From an uncultured Chloroflexia bacterium (GTDB lineage: Bacteria; Chloroflexota; Limnocylindria; Limnocylindrales; CSP1-4), in contig CAVXPZ010000004.1 in NCBI GenBank assembly GCA_963763775.1, positions 256,001 through 320,000 on the forward strand: a DNA stretch of 64,000 nt. Reading direction: 5' to 3'. Under the pieces are notes generated by a model. It did no database searches. It had not been told where the DNA came from and saw only the letters and a list, made by a program, of their open reading frames with translations. Below, in pieces: positions 11,356 to 21,035 of this stretch. The position numbers and the translations under genes were made by a program. The number at the start of each line of letters is the position of its first letter. Within the stretch, counting starts at the first letter, position 1.

Positions 11356-12393
11356 TCAGCGGGTCCGGGTCACCTTGACGATGCTGCGCGGGGCGTCCGG
11401 GTCCTTGCCCCGGGCGATCGTCAGGTGCATCGCGTGGAGCTGCCCCGCGACGATCGTCGCGATCGGGGCGATCCATTCGGCTGCGGCAGGTGGCAGCTCG
11501 ATCGGCCGCGTCGCCAGCGCCAGGGCGTCGGATCGGTCGGAGAGGACCGTGAGGTCCGGGTCGAGGTCGGCGCGCAGCAGCCGCAGCTGCTCGACGAGTC
11601 CCGCCGCCGCCGGGCCGTCGCGGACGATCGCGATGACCGGCACGCCGTCCTCGACGAGCGCCACCGGTCCGTGGGCGAAGTCCGCCGCGGAGTACGGGTC
11701 GGCGAACACGTGCGCGAGCTCCTTGATCTTGATCGCCCACTCGCGGGCGGTCGCGTACTCGTAGCCGCGCGCGACGATCAGGGCCCGGCTGGCGGCCGCG
11801 TGGGCCCGCGCCGCCTCGGCCATGGCCGGCTCCAGGGCGAGGACCGCGGCGATCGCGTCGGGCACCGCGGCGACGGCCGCACGGTCCGCCTCGTCGTCGC
11901 TCAGCGCGGCGGAGAGCGCCGCGATCGCGAGGACCGAGGTCGTATACGTCTTGGTCGCCGCGATCGCCCGTTCCGGGCCGGCGGACAGGGCGATGGTCCA
12001 GTCCGCGGCCACACCCAGCGGCGAGTCCGGGTCGTTGGTCAGCGCGACGGTCGGTGCCCCCTGCCGGCGCGCCGCGTCCACGACCGCGACGATGTCGGGG
12101 GACGCCCCGGACTGGCTGATCGCGATCACGAGGCTGTGGCGGAGCCCCGGGTCCGCGCCGTAGACCGACACCACGGACGGCGTGGCCAGCCCGGCGGTCA
12201 GCCCGTGCCGGATCCCGAGGACGTACTGCGCGTAGATGGCCGCGTGGTCCGACGTGCCGCGGGCGACGATGACCACGTGCTCGATGTCGCGGGCACGGAT
12301 CGCGTCCGCGAGGGCGGCCACGGGTCCCGACTGCGTCGCGAGGAACCGGGCCGCGGCCTCGGGCTGCTCGAGGATCTCGTCGCGGAGCGTCAT
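11356..12393 (-). CDS. SIS-domain sugar-phosphate isomerase/deaminase (GlmS C-terminal-like)
   Basis: EILEQP, ARGTS, ISQSGASPD, GPERAIAATKTY, KIKEL, HGP, KVTRTR; no glutaminase domain. Confidence 0.9.
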   Translation of the reverse strand: MTLRDEILEQPEAAARFLATQSGPVAALADAIRARDIEHVVIVARGTSDHAAIYAQYVLGIRHGLTAGLATPSVVSVYGADPGLRHSLVIAISQSGASPDIVAVVDAARRQGAPTVALTNDPDSPLGVAADWTIALSAGPERAIAATKTYTTSVLAIAALSAALSDDEADRAAVAAVPDAIAAVLALEPAMAEAARAHAAASRALIVARGYEYATAREWAIKIKELAHVFADPYSAADFAHGPVALVEDGVPVIAIVRDGPAAAGLVEQLRLLRADLDPDLTVLSDRSDALALATRPIELPPAAAEWIAPIATIVAGQLHAMHLTIARGKDPDAPRSIVKVTRTR

Positions 12394-12554
12394 CGGAAGC
12401 GATGGTACCGGCCTCCGCGGCCCCGGACCGCTCGGACCCGTGTGGTATGGTGGATGCACTGCCACCCCTTGTGGCGATGCTCCGCGTGGTCGACCCCCTT
12501 TTCGAACGGACCGTGCGATCTGCTCTCCGTGTTCGGGAAGTGTTGGAGGTCCTC

Positions 12555-12758
12555 ATGACCACCGGTACCATCAAGAAGGTCGTCGCCGATCGCGGCTTCG
12601 GCTTCATCACCGCCGAGGATGAGAAGGAATACTTCTTCCATCGCGGCGCGCTCGACTCCTCGCTCGATTTCGATCGCCTCACCGGTGGTGAGCGCGTCGA
12701 GTTCGACGTCGAGCAGAGCCCCAAGGGTCCGCGCGCGAACAAGGTTCACGCCGCCTAG
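12555..12758 (+). CDS. Cold-shock protein
   Basis: MTTGTIKKVVADRGFGFI..EYFFH..KGPRANKV; SD GGAGG; ~100-nt leader after TGnTATGGT at ~12443-12451. Confidence 0.95.
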   Translation: MTTGTIKKVVADRGFGFITAEDEKEYFFHRGALDSSLDFDRLTGGERVEFDVEQSPKGPRANKVHAA

Positions 12759-12767
12759 GCCCTGACC

Positions 12768-12796
12768 GGACGGCCCGTCCCAGGACGGGCCGTTCC
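12768..12796 (+). terminator. GC-rich hairpin after csp
   Basis: GGACGGCCCGTC-CCAG-GACGGGCCGTTCC inverted repeat; weak U-tract. Confidence 0.55.
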
Positions 12797-12941
12797 ATCC
12801 CCGCGTTCACACCACGAGCACGGTCGCGACCCGTCGTCGAGCAACGGCTCGGCTCGTTCCGCCACCGCTGCCGACTCGCCACCGCTGGCCCGCCCCTCGT
12901 TCAGGGCACCCTGCGCGGGTCGGATCGAGAGGACTGACGCC

Positions 12942-14126
12942 ATCGTTCGAACCGCCTTCGTCTCCACCTACCCACCGCGTCGCTGCGGTATCGCGACCTT
13001 CACGCACGACCTCGCCGCCGCCTCGAGTGGGCGCGAGATCGTCGCCCTCCTCGACCCAGAACCCGGTGTCCCGTACCCGATCGAGGTCCACCACCGGGTC
13101 CGTCGCGACGAGCGACCCGACTACATCCACACCGCGCATGCCCTCTCCACCTGCGTCGACGTCGTGTCGATCCAGCACGAGTACGGGATCTGGGGCGGCG
13201 CGGACGGCGAGTACGTCCTCGACTTCGTCCGCGCCCTGGACCTCCCCGCGGTCGTCACGCTCCACACCGTCCTGCGGAAGCCCACCGAGCGCCAGCGCGC
13301 GATCCTGATCGAACTCGTCGGCCACGCGGCCGCGACCGTCGTGATGTCGAAGGCCGCCGCCACCCTGCTGTCCACCGCCTACGGCGTGGACCCGCGACGC
13401 GTGGAGATCATCCCGCACGGCGTCCCGGACCTGCCCCTGGTCGCCTCCGAGACCGTGAAGCCGCGCCTCGAGCTCGCCGGCCGCGACGTCATCCTCAGCT
13501 TCGGCCTCCTCGGCCAGGGCAAGGGCTACGAGCTGGCGATCGATGCGCTCCCGGCGGTCGTCGCCGAGCATCCGAACGCGATGTACGTGATCGTCGGCGC
13601 GACCCATCCCGACCTGATCCGCAACGAGGGCGAGGCCTACCGGCATGCCCTCACCGCCCGAGTCAGGGCCCATGGCCTGACCGATCACGTCCGGTTCGTC
13701 GACCGGTTCGTCGGCCGCGTGGAACTGACCCGCTGGCTCGAGGCGGCCGACGTCTTCGTCACGCCTTATCCCAATCTCGACCAGATCGTGTCGGGCACGC
13801 TGTCGTACGCCATGGGCGCGGGGCGGGCCGTCGTCTCGACACCGTACGCGTACGCGTCGGAGCTGCTCGCGGACGGCCGCGGCGTCCTCGTCGAGCCCGG
13901 GTCGCCGGCCAGGTTCGCCGTGGCGCTCAACGACGTCCTCGGCGACGACCCCAAGCGGGCCGACATCGGCCGGCGCGCCCACGAGCACACGCGCGGGATG
14001 ATCTGGCGGGAAGTCGGCGCGGAATACCGTCGACTCTTCGAACGCGTCGCCCTCGAAACGCCCGAGGACCTGACCGACCGACCCACGACGACGCGGTCCA
14101 CCGCCATGGCGGTCGTCAATGCTTGA
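12942..14126 (+). CDS. Glycosyltransferase family 4 (probable ATC start)
   Basis: RTAFVSTYPPRRCGIATF, IQHEYGIWGG, IPHG, FGLLGQGKG, SGTLSYAMGAG. Confidence 0.88.
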   Translation: MVRTAFVSTYPPRRCGIATFTHDLAAASSGREIVALLDPEPGVPYPIEVHHRVRRDERPDYIHTAHALSTCVDVVSIQHEYGIWGGADGEYVLDFVRALDLPAVVTLHTVLRKPTERQRAILIELVGHAAATVVMSKAAATLLSTAYGVDPRRVEIIPHGVPDLPLVASETVKPRLELAGRDVILSFGLLGQGKGYELAIDALPAVVAEHPNAMYVIVGATHPDLIRNEGEAYRHALTARVRAHGLTDHVRFVDRFVGRVELTRWLEAADVFVTPYPNLDQIVSGTLSYAMGAGRAVVSTPYAYASELLADGRGVLVEPGSPARFAVALNDVLGDDPKRADIGRRAHEHTRGMIWREVGAEYRRLFERVALETPEDLTDRPTTTRSTAMAVVNA

Positions 14127-15288
14127 CGCCGACGCCATCGGCCGGCCGGGCGAGCTGGCCCCGCTCTACCTCGTGAGCCGCGAGCATCTCGACGAGCTCT
14201 CCGACCAGATCGGGATCATGCAGCACGCGATCGGGTCCAAGCCGGACCCGGCGCACGGCTATTGCGTCGACGATGTCGCCCGCGCCCTCCAGGTCGACCT
14301 GCTCCACGGCCGGGAGCTCGGCTGGGCGACCGTGGCCGAGCGTGCGTGGAGCAATCTCCGGTTCCTGAGCACCGCGTTCGACGCGGAGATCGGCGGGTTC
14401 CGCAACTTCCGCCGCGTGGACGGCTCGTGGCTCGACGGCCGCAGCTCCGACGACAGCCAGGCGCGGGCCATGCTCGCCCTAGGCGAGACCATCGCCGGTG
14501 CATCCGATCCGCGGATGGTCTCCTTCGCGACGTCGCTGTTCGACCAGGCCCTGCCCGAGGCCCAGCGGCTGCCTGCACTGCGAGCCCAGGCGTCCGTGAT
14601 GTTGGCGTGCGACGCCGTCATGCGCGTGGCCCCGACCGGTGAGACCGCCCGGGCCTACCGACTCCTCGCCGGCCGGATCCGGGCGCTCCTCGGGTCGCGG
14701 GCCGCGGCCGCCTGGCCCTGGCCAGAGCCGGCCCTCACGTACGAGAACGCCCTCCCGGTCCGCGCGATGATCGTGGCCGGCCAGTACCTCGACTCGCCGC
14801 CGGTCATCGATGCTGGGCTCGCGATGCTCGACTGGCAGATCACGGCGCAGACCGCCGACGCCGGGCACCTGTCCCTCATCGGCAACGGCTGGTGGCCGCG
14901 CGACGGCGAACGGTCGAGGTTCGATCAGCAGCCGGTCGAGGCCACCGCGCTCCTGCTGGCGGCCGAGTCCGCGTACGAGGTCTCCGGGCTCGAGCGCTAC
15001 CGCACGACCATGGAGCAGGCGTACGCCTGGTTCCTCGGCGCGAACGATATCGGCGCGGTCGTCGCCGACCCGATCCGCGGCGCCTGCGGCGACGGGCTGA
15101 CCCCCGCGGGCATCAACACCAACGAGGGCGCCGAGTCGACGCTCATGTGGCTCATGGCCCTCGAGCACATCCGCGCGCTGCGTCAGGGCCGGCCGACGCC
15201 GCCGCCCGTCGCCGAACGTCGCGAGGGTGCGGCGGGTGCCGGCGCGGCGCCCGACATCGAGCGTCGCGCCCTGGCCGGGGTCGCATGA
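14119..15288 (+). CDS. Alpha/alpha-barrel protein, homologous to C-terminal domain of fused GT4 proteins
   Basis: GYCVDDVARAL, WPWPEPALTYENA, FDQQPVEA, WFLGAND, NEGAESTL. Confidence 0.75.
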   Translation: MLDADAIGRPGELAPLYLVSREHLDELSDQIGIMQHAIGSKPDPAHGYCVDDVARALQVDLLHGRELGWATVAERAWSNLRFLSTAFDAEIGGFRNFRRVDGSWLDGRSSDDSQARAMLALGETIAGASDPRMVSFATSLFDQALPEAQRLPALRAQASVMLACDAVMRVAPTGETARAYRLLAGRIRALLGSRAAAAWPWPEPALTYENALPVRAMIVAGQYLDSPPVIDAGLAMLDWQITAQTADAGHLSLIGNGWWPRDGERSRFDQQPVEATALLLAAESAYEVSGLERYRTTMEQAYAWFLGANDIGAVVADPIRGACGDGLTPAGINTNEGAESTLMWLMALEHIRALRQGRPTPPPVAERREGAAGAGAAPDIERRALAGVA

Positions 15289-16244
15289 CCCGCGCCCACG
15301 AAACGATGCTGTTCACGCGATCGGCGGCGAACCCGATCCTGACCGCCGCGGATGTCCCCTACCCCGCGAACACGGTCTTCAACCCGGGGGCGGCCCAGGT
15401 CGGCGACGAGACGATCCTCCTGGTCCGTGTCGAGGACCTCCGCGGGATCTCGCAACTCCACGTCGCGCGCAGCAAGGACGGCGTCACCGATTGGCGTTTC
15501 GACCCCGAGCCGCTGCTGCGATCGGACGTCGAGAAGCACCCCGAGGAGATCTGGGGCTGCGAGGATCCGCGACTGACGTGGCTCCCCGAACGCGAGGAGT
15601 GGGCGATCGCCTACACGGCCTACAGCCGTCGCGGACCGCTCGTCTCGCTGGCGATGACTCGCGACTTCGCGAGCGTGCGCCGGCTGGGTCCGGTCATGCC
15701 GCCGGAGGACAAGGACGCCGCCCTCTTCCCGGACCGCATCGATGGTCGCTGGGCGATGATCCACCGCCCGTCCCCGCTCCGCGGCGGGGCGCACATGTGG
15801 ATCTCGTACTCGCCAGACCTCCGCCACTGGGGCGACCACTCGCTGATGCTCGAGGCCCGCGACGGCGCCTGGTGGGATGCCGGCAAGATCGGCCTCGGCC
15901 CGCCGCCGCTTCGAACGGCCGAGGGATGGCTCGTGATGTACCACGGCGTCCATCTGACGGGCGACGGACCCATCTACCGCGCGGGCCTCGCCCTCTTCGA
16001 CCTCGCGGATCCGCAGGTCCTGCTCCACCGGATGGACGAGTGGGTCTTCGGGCCGTTCGAGCTGTACGAGCTGACCGGCGACGTCGGCAAGGTCGTCTTC
16101 CCGTGCGGCTGGGTCCACGACGAGGCTACCGACCAGCTGCGGATGTACTACGGCGCCGCCGACTCGTCCGTGGCGCTGGCGACCGCCACGTTCAGCGAGG
16201 TCCTTGCGAAGGTCCTCGCGGCCCCGGGCACCGTTCCCGCCTGA
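15285..16244 (+). CDS. GH130 glycosidase/phosphorylase
   Basis: NPIL, VFNPGA, GCEDPRL, EDKDAALFP, YHGV, VVFPCG, YYGAAD. Confidence 0.9.
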   Translation: MTRAHETMLFTRSAANPILTAADVPYPANTVFNPGAAQVGDETILLVRVEDLRGISQLHVARSKDGVTDWRFDPEPLLRSDVEKHPEEIWGCEDPRLTWLPEREEWAIAYTAYSRRGPLVSLAMTRDFASVRRLGPVMPPEDKDAALFPDRIDGRWAMIHRPSPLRGGAHMWISYSPDLRHWGDHSLMLEARDGAWWDAGKIGLGPPPLRTAEGWLVMYHGVHLTGDGPIYRAGLALFDLADPQVLLHRMDEWVFGPFELYELTGDVGKVVFPCGWVHDEATDQLRMYYGAADSSVALATATFSEVLAKVLAAPGTVPA

Positions 16245-16263
16245 CGGTCCCTAGACTCCGCGC

Positions 16264-19129
16264 ATGTCGCGGGACCGCCTCCTCGGCCGGACCGAGGAAC
16301 TCGCCATCATCGAAGCGTTCCTCGGGGCCATCCCCGGTGGTGCGCATGCCCTCGTCATCTCCGGCGAGGCCGGCATCGGCAAATCCGTCCTCTGGGAGGA
16401 GGCCGCCGCCCACGCTCGCGCCCGGACCGACCTCACCGTTCTGACCGCCCGCGCCACCGAGTCCGAGAGCGGCCTTGCCCACGTCACGCTGACCGACCTG
16501 TTCGGGGCCTGGGTGTCAGCCGAGCCACCCGCGCTGCCCGAGCCGCAACGCGACGCACTCGATGCCGCGCTGCTGCGCGGGCCGGCGACGACGCCACCCG
16601 ACCCGCGAACCATCGGGACCGCCGTCCTCTCGACGCTCCGCCAAGCCGCCGATCGAGGACCGGTGGCACTGCTGATCGACGATGTCCAGTGGGTCGACGC
16701 GGCCTCGGCAGAGGCGCTCGCGTTCGCGATCCGGCGCCTCGCTGACAGCGCCGGTCGCCGTGATCCTCGCGATCCGCACGACGCCTGGTGCGACCCCGAT
16801 CGCCCTGGCCGAACCAGTGGTCGCCCGAGGCGGCGTCACCGAGCTCCGGCTCGGGCCGGTCTCGCTCGGCGTGCTGCACCAGCTCGTCCTCGAGCGGGTC
16901 GGGACGGCGCTCACCCGACCGCAGGTCACGCGGCTTGAGGCGGCGTCGAGCGGCAATCCCCTTGTGGCGATCGAGATCGCCCGCGAACTGGCGCGGCGCG
17001 AGACCTGGCCCCTGCCCGGCGAACCGATGCCGATCCCGGCGTCCGCGTCCGCCCTCCTGGAGGAACGCATCGGGCGCATGTCTGCGGGCGATCGCGAGGT
17101 CCTGTTCGCCGTCGCGGCGACGGCCGTCCCGACCGTCGGCCAGGTGCGGCTGGTCGTCGCCGAGGCCGATATGCCACTGGAGCACGCCCGGTCGGAAGGC
17201 CTCATCGAGGTCGACGGGCACGACCGGATCCACTTCATCCACCCCCTGATGGCGTCGGCCGCGTTGCTCGCCATCCCCGTCTCGGAGCGTCGCCGTCTCC
17301 ATGCCCGGCTCGCCGAGATCGCCACGACCCTAGAAGACCGGGGAAGACACCTCGCGCTGGCCACGGATCCGCCGTCCGCGGACGCCGCCGCCGCGCTCGA
17401 TGCCGCCGCCACCTCGGCCCGATCCCGCGGCGCGACGGCCGTCGCCGCGGAGTGGGCCGAGCGGGCAGTCGCGATGACGCCGTCCGACGACCGAGCGGCG
17501 TGGACCGCCCGCGCGACCCGGGCGGGTCGCTGGCTGGCGGAGGCAGGGGAGATCGGACGCGCCCGGACGCTCCTGACGGAGGCGATGCCATCGATGCCGG
17601 CGGGCGATGGCCGGGCAGCCGCGAGGCTCGTGCTGGCCCAGATGGTCGCCTGGGAAGGCGAGGCCGAGGCCGCGCTGATGTGGTGCGAGGCGGGACTGGA
17701 GGAGGCCGTCGATGCGGCGCTGCGCGCACGACTCCTGTTGCGCATCGCATTCCAGACCGAGGACCTGGACACGTCCCGGGCGATCGAGGCCACCGAAGCA
17801 GCGATCGCGGAGCTCGACGGCCCGGCCGGCGACGCCGAGCCGGACCTCCTTGCCTGCGCGCTGTTGCAGGTGGCGACCCTCCGACTCGCCACGGGCGCCT
17901 GGATCGACCGGCCATCGGTCGAGCGCGGGATCGCGCTCCTCGGGCCGGCGCCCCGCCTGTCGCCCGACGGCGACGAGCTGCCAGAGAGCCTGCGCGCCCA
18001 CGCCATGGTGTGGGCGCGTGCCGTGGATCTTGACGACCTCGCCGGCGGGTTCGCGTTGCAGCAGGCCGAACGGGAACGGAACCTCGCGCGAGGGTTGGAC
18101 CGGGCCCTGCCGGTGGTCATCGGGGAGATGACGATGACCGCGCTTTGGATGGGCGACTGGTCCGAGGCCACGACTCGCGCCGACGAAGCTCGCGCCATGG
18201 TCGGCCAGACCGGGGCCACGACGCAGGCGCGGAGCGCTGCGCTGGCCGCGCGCGCCTTCGTCGATGCGTATCGAGGGAACCTGGCCGCAGCGGAGACCGG
18301 CGCCAGGGCCGGCCTCGAGCTGTCGGCCGACGCGGGCGATTGGCTCAAGGCGCGCCACGTCGCCGTGCTGGGGTTCCTGGCGTTGACGCGTGGCGAGGCG
18401 GCGGACGCGGCCACGATCCTGGGCACGCTCTTCGACGAGTTCCGGGCCGGCGGCAATCGCGAGATGCTCGGCCATCGGTTCGTGGGCGACCTCATCGACG
18501 CGGCCGCTGCGGCGGGCGACATCGATCGGCTCCGGACGGTCACGGAGTCGCTCGCCACGTCCGAGTCGGCGGTGCCTCGGCCTTGGATCCGGACGATGGC
18601 CGCCCGCGGGCGAGCCCTTCTGACCGCCGCCGACGGCGATCTGGACGGCGCGATGACGGCCATCGAGGCCGCCCTCGAGCATGCCGACACCCTGCCGATG
18701 CCGTTCGAGCACGCCCGGACCGAGCTCATCGCGGGTCGGATCGCGCGACGCCGGAAGGAACGGCGTCGGGCCACGGACCACCTCGAGCGGGCACAGGCCA
18801 CGTTCGCCGATCTCGGGTCGGCGCCGTGGGTGGCGATCGCGTCGGCAGAGATGGCCCGGACCGGCCGTCGGGCGGCCGCGACCGATGCCCTCACCGAGAC
18901 CGAGGAACGGGTCGCCCGTCTGGCGGCCAGCGGCCTGACCAACCGCGAGGTCGGCGAGGCGGCGTTCCTGACGCCGAAGAGCGTCGAAGGCGTGCTGGCA
19001 CGGGTGTATAGCAAGCTCGGGATCCGATCGCGAGCCGAGCTCGGGGCGTGGCTGGCCGCGCATCCGGATGCCCAAGACCACCGATCGGAGGCCCCCGACC
19101 CGGCTGAGGCGCCCGGGCCCGTGGGCTGA
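16264..19129 (+). CDS. Large ATP-binding LuxR-family (LAL) regulator (frameshift ~16750)
   Basis: LLGRTEEL, GEAGIGKS, LIDDVQWVD, GNPL; C-terminal LuxR HTH LTETEERVARLAASGLTNREVG..VYSKLGIRSR. Confidence 0.9.
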
Positions 19130-19213
19130 CGGGACCGGGATTCCCCCGTTTCGCCGGCGGGTGCCGCTGGCCTAGCGTCGGCGTCGTCGACCCCGCCGCA
19201 CCCGGAGGCCTCG

Positions 19214-20230
19214 ATGGCTCGCCAGTCCCGTCTTCTCGTCGGTCTCACGTCCCTGGTCGCGATCGCGGTCCTCGGCGGCTGCGTCGCCTCGGGCCCGTCC
19301 GGATCCGCGTTCGCGTCAGCCCCGTCGGCCGCTGCGTCCGGCCAGACGTCCGCGACCGCCCCCGCCCCGGCCGCCTCACCGGCGGCATCGGCATCGACGA
19401 CTGCGGCCTCGCCGACCCAGGTCGCGCTCGACATCGACGTCGGTGGGCGGACGCTCCACCTGTTCTGCATCGGCGACGCGCCCTCCGGCGTACCGACCGT
19501 GATCGGCGAGGGCGGCCTCGAGGGCGACTCGCGCACCTGGAACGCGATCTTCTACGAGGTCGCCGCGAGGACCCGCATCTGCGCGTACGACCGCGCCGGC
19601 CTCAACCAGAGCCAGCCGGCACCCGAGACGTCGCGGACGACGCAGGACTCCGTCGACGACCTCGCCAAGCTCATCGTCGGGGCGAAGCTCAAGGGTCCGT
19701 TCGTCTTCGTCGGCCACTCGAGCGGTGCCTGGAACGTGGCCCTCTTCGCGAGCCAGCACCCGGACGAGGTGGCCGGCGTCGTCCTCGCCGACCCGCGCGG
19801 ACCGCACGTGTCCGGCGCATGGCTCAAGGCCCTCCCGGCGAAGGCGACCGGCGAGCCCGAGGCCGTGCGTCTCAACCGCGAGGAACTGACCGTGTTCGAG
19901 ACCGACCCGAGCCTCAACGAGGAGCACGTCGATCTGCGGGCGAGCCAGGCCGAGGCGAATGCCGTCCTCGATCGGAAGGCGCCGCTCTTCGGCGACCACG
20001 CGCTGGTGGTGATGAGCGCGGCGCACACGCCGGACTCGTGGTCCGACCTGCCAGAGGCGCTGAGGACCACGTTCGACCGGATCTGGTTCGACGGGCAGAA
20101 GGCACTCCTCAAGGAGTCGACCCGGAGCGAGTTCGAGACCATCGACGACAGCGACCACGACCTGCCCGGTATGCGCCCGGACGCGGTGTCGGCGGCGATC
20201 CTCAGGGTGCTCGACGAGGTCGGCTCGTGA
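19214..20230 (+). CDS. Secreted/lipoprotein alpha/beta hydrolase
   Basis: Lipobox LGGC; YDRAG, GHSSG nucleophile elbow, terminal His (DSDH). Confidence 0.85.
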   Translation: MARQSRLLVGLTSLVAIAVLGGCVASGPSGSAFASAPSAAASGQTSATAPAPAASPAASASTTAASPTQVALDIDVGGRTLHLFCIGDAPSGVPTVIGEGGLEGDSRTWNAIFYEVAARTRICAYDRAGLNQSQPAPETSRTTQDSVDDLAKLIVGAKLKGPFVFVGHSSGAWNVALFASQHPDEVAGVVLADPRGPHVSGAWLKALPAKATGEPEAVRLNREELTVFETDPSLNEEHVDLRASQAEANAVLDRKAPLFGDHALVVMSAAHTPDSWSDLPEALRTTFDRIWFDGQKALLKESTRSEFETIDDSDHDLPGMRPDAVSAAILRVLDEVGS

Positions 20231-20511
20231 CGAACGCGGCTGCGGGGGGCGGGCGTGCGCCTGCAGCATCGGCCTTCCTCGCCGAACGGTACTGGCCCGG
20301 CGTCACCGTACCGGCGGCCGCCGCGGCCACCGCGCGGCTCGCCGGGCCCGCGGCCAGGGTCATCGAGACCATCGTTGCGACGGGCGACGAGGTCTGCCTC
20401 TGGGTCGTCGAGGCCTCATCCGAAGACGCGGTCGACGCGGCCTTCCGGGCGGCGGACATCCCGCTCCACCGGATCAGTCCGGCCGTGCGCATCGATGGCA
20501 GCCGTCGCTGA
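20227..20511 (+). CDS. Small ferredoxin-fold protein (DUF4242-like)
   Basis: GTG overlaps upstream stop; FLAERYWPG...GDEVCLWVVEASSEDAV..RI pattern. Confidence 0.55.
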   Translation: MTNAAAGGGRAPAASAFLAERYWPGVTVPAAAAATARLAGPAARVIETIVATGDEVCLWVVEASSEDAVDAAFRAADIPLHRISPAVRIDGSRR

Positions 20512-20537
20512 TCGCTGACCGCGCCGCGACCCGATCC

Positions 20538-20720
20538 CTGCCAGATGCCAACCAGGCGGGCATCGGTCAGGACGATCGGACTGACGGATCGCCCGGTCAC
20601 GGCCGAGGATCAGCCCGCTGATGCGAAACCGTGCGGGGTCGCGCATCACCGGACGGCGTATGCCCTCGACCAGCCGGTCGTCGGCCACTGACGATGGCTC
20701 TCCTGAGTGGCATCTGGCAG
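20538..20720. repeat. 183-bp long imperfect palindrome with 13-bp perfect terminal inverted repeats
   Basis: CTGCCAGATGCCA (20538-20550) / TGGCATCTGGCAG (20708-20720) plus nested pairs CAGG/CCTG, CATCG/CGATG, TCAG/CTGA, GACGATCGG/CCGGTCGTC, CGAGG/CCTCG, TGATGCG/CGCATCA. Confidence 0.75.
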
Positions 20721-20783
20721 AAACGCCGCCGGGGCGCCCCGACAGCCACGCCCCGACGGCCACCGAGCACCCCCGCCGTCACC

Positions 20784-20811
20784 ACGATACCGAACAGATG
20801 TACGATATCAA
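20784..20811 (-). promoter_or_regulatory. Leftward sigma70-like promoter with LexA/SOS-box-like site in spacer
   Basis: Minus strand TTGATA-N16-TATCGT; CGAACAGATGTACG (20791-20804) is one mismatch from CGAAC-N4-GTTCG. Confidence 0.55.
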
Positions 20812-20814
20812 CCC

Positions 20815-20932
20815 TGTGCACGACCCGTGGACAAGCCACTCCCCGCCGGTGGACAACCCCACCACGCGACCGTGGACGATCCGCCCGGAACGGTGGACGA
20901 ACCGGCCCTGAGCGTGGGCTGAGCGTGGATGA
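20815..20932. promoter_or_regulatory. Array of DnaA-box-like 9-mers
   Basis: TGTGCACGA 20815, CGTGGACAA 20826, GGTGGACAA 20848, CGTGGACGA 20871, GGTGGACGA 20892, CGTGGATGA 20924; consensus TGTGGA(C/T)AA. Confidence 0.6.
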
Positions 20933-20949
20933 GCACGAAACGCTCGAAA

Positions 20950-20998
20950 CCACCACATCTAGCGGCTGGCCACCCGAACGTACCACTACATCTTGTGT
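20950..20998 (+). promoter_or_regulatory. Tandem NrdR boxes
   Basis: CCACCACATCTAGCGG (20950-20965) and CCACTACATCTTGTGT (20983-20998) match acaCwAyATmTwGtgt; upstream of RNR gene. Confidence 0.85.
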
Positions 20999-21006
20999 TT
21001 TCGGGC

Positions 21007-21035
21007 TTGACTGTGCGACCCGACCAGCGTAACGT
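21007..21035 (+). promoter_or_regulatory. sigma70 promoter of nrdJ
   Basis: TTGACT-N17-TAACGT. Confidence 0.75.

Noticed and set aside
20815-21000. DnaA-box cluster as oriC
   Set aside because: No adjacent dnaA/dnaN/parAB, no AT-rich unwinding element, and all boxes are imperfect; kept only as a regulatory array.
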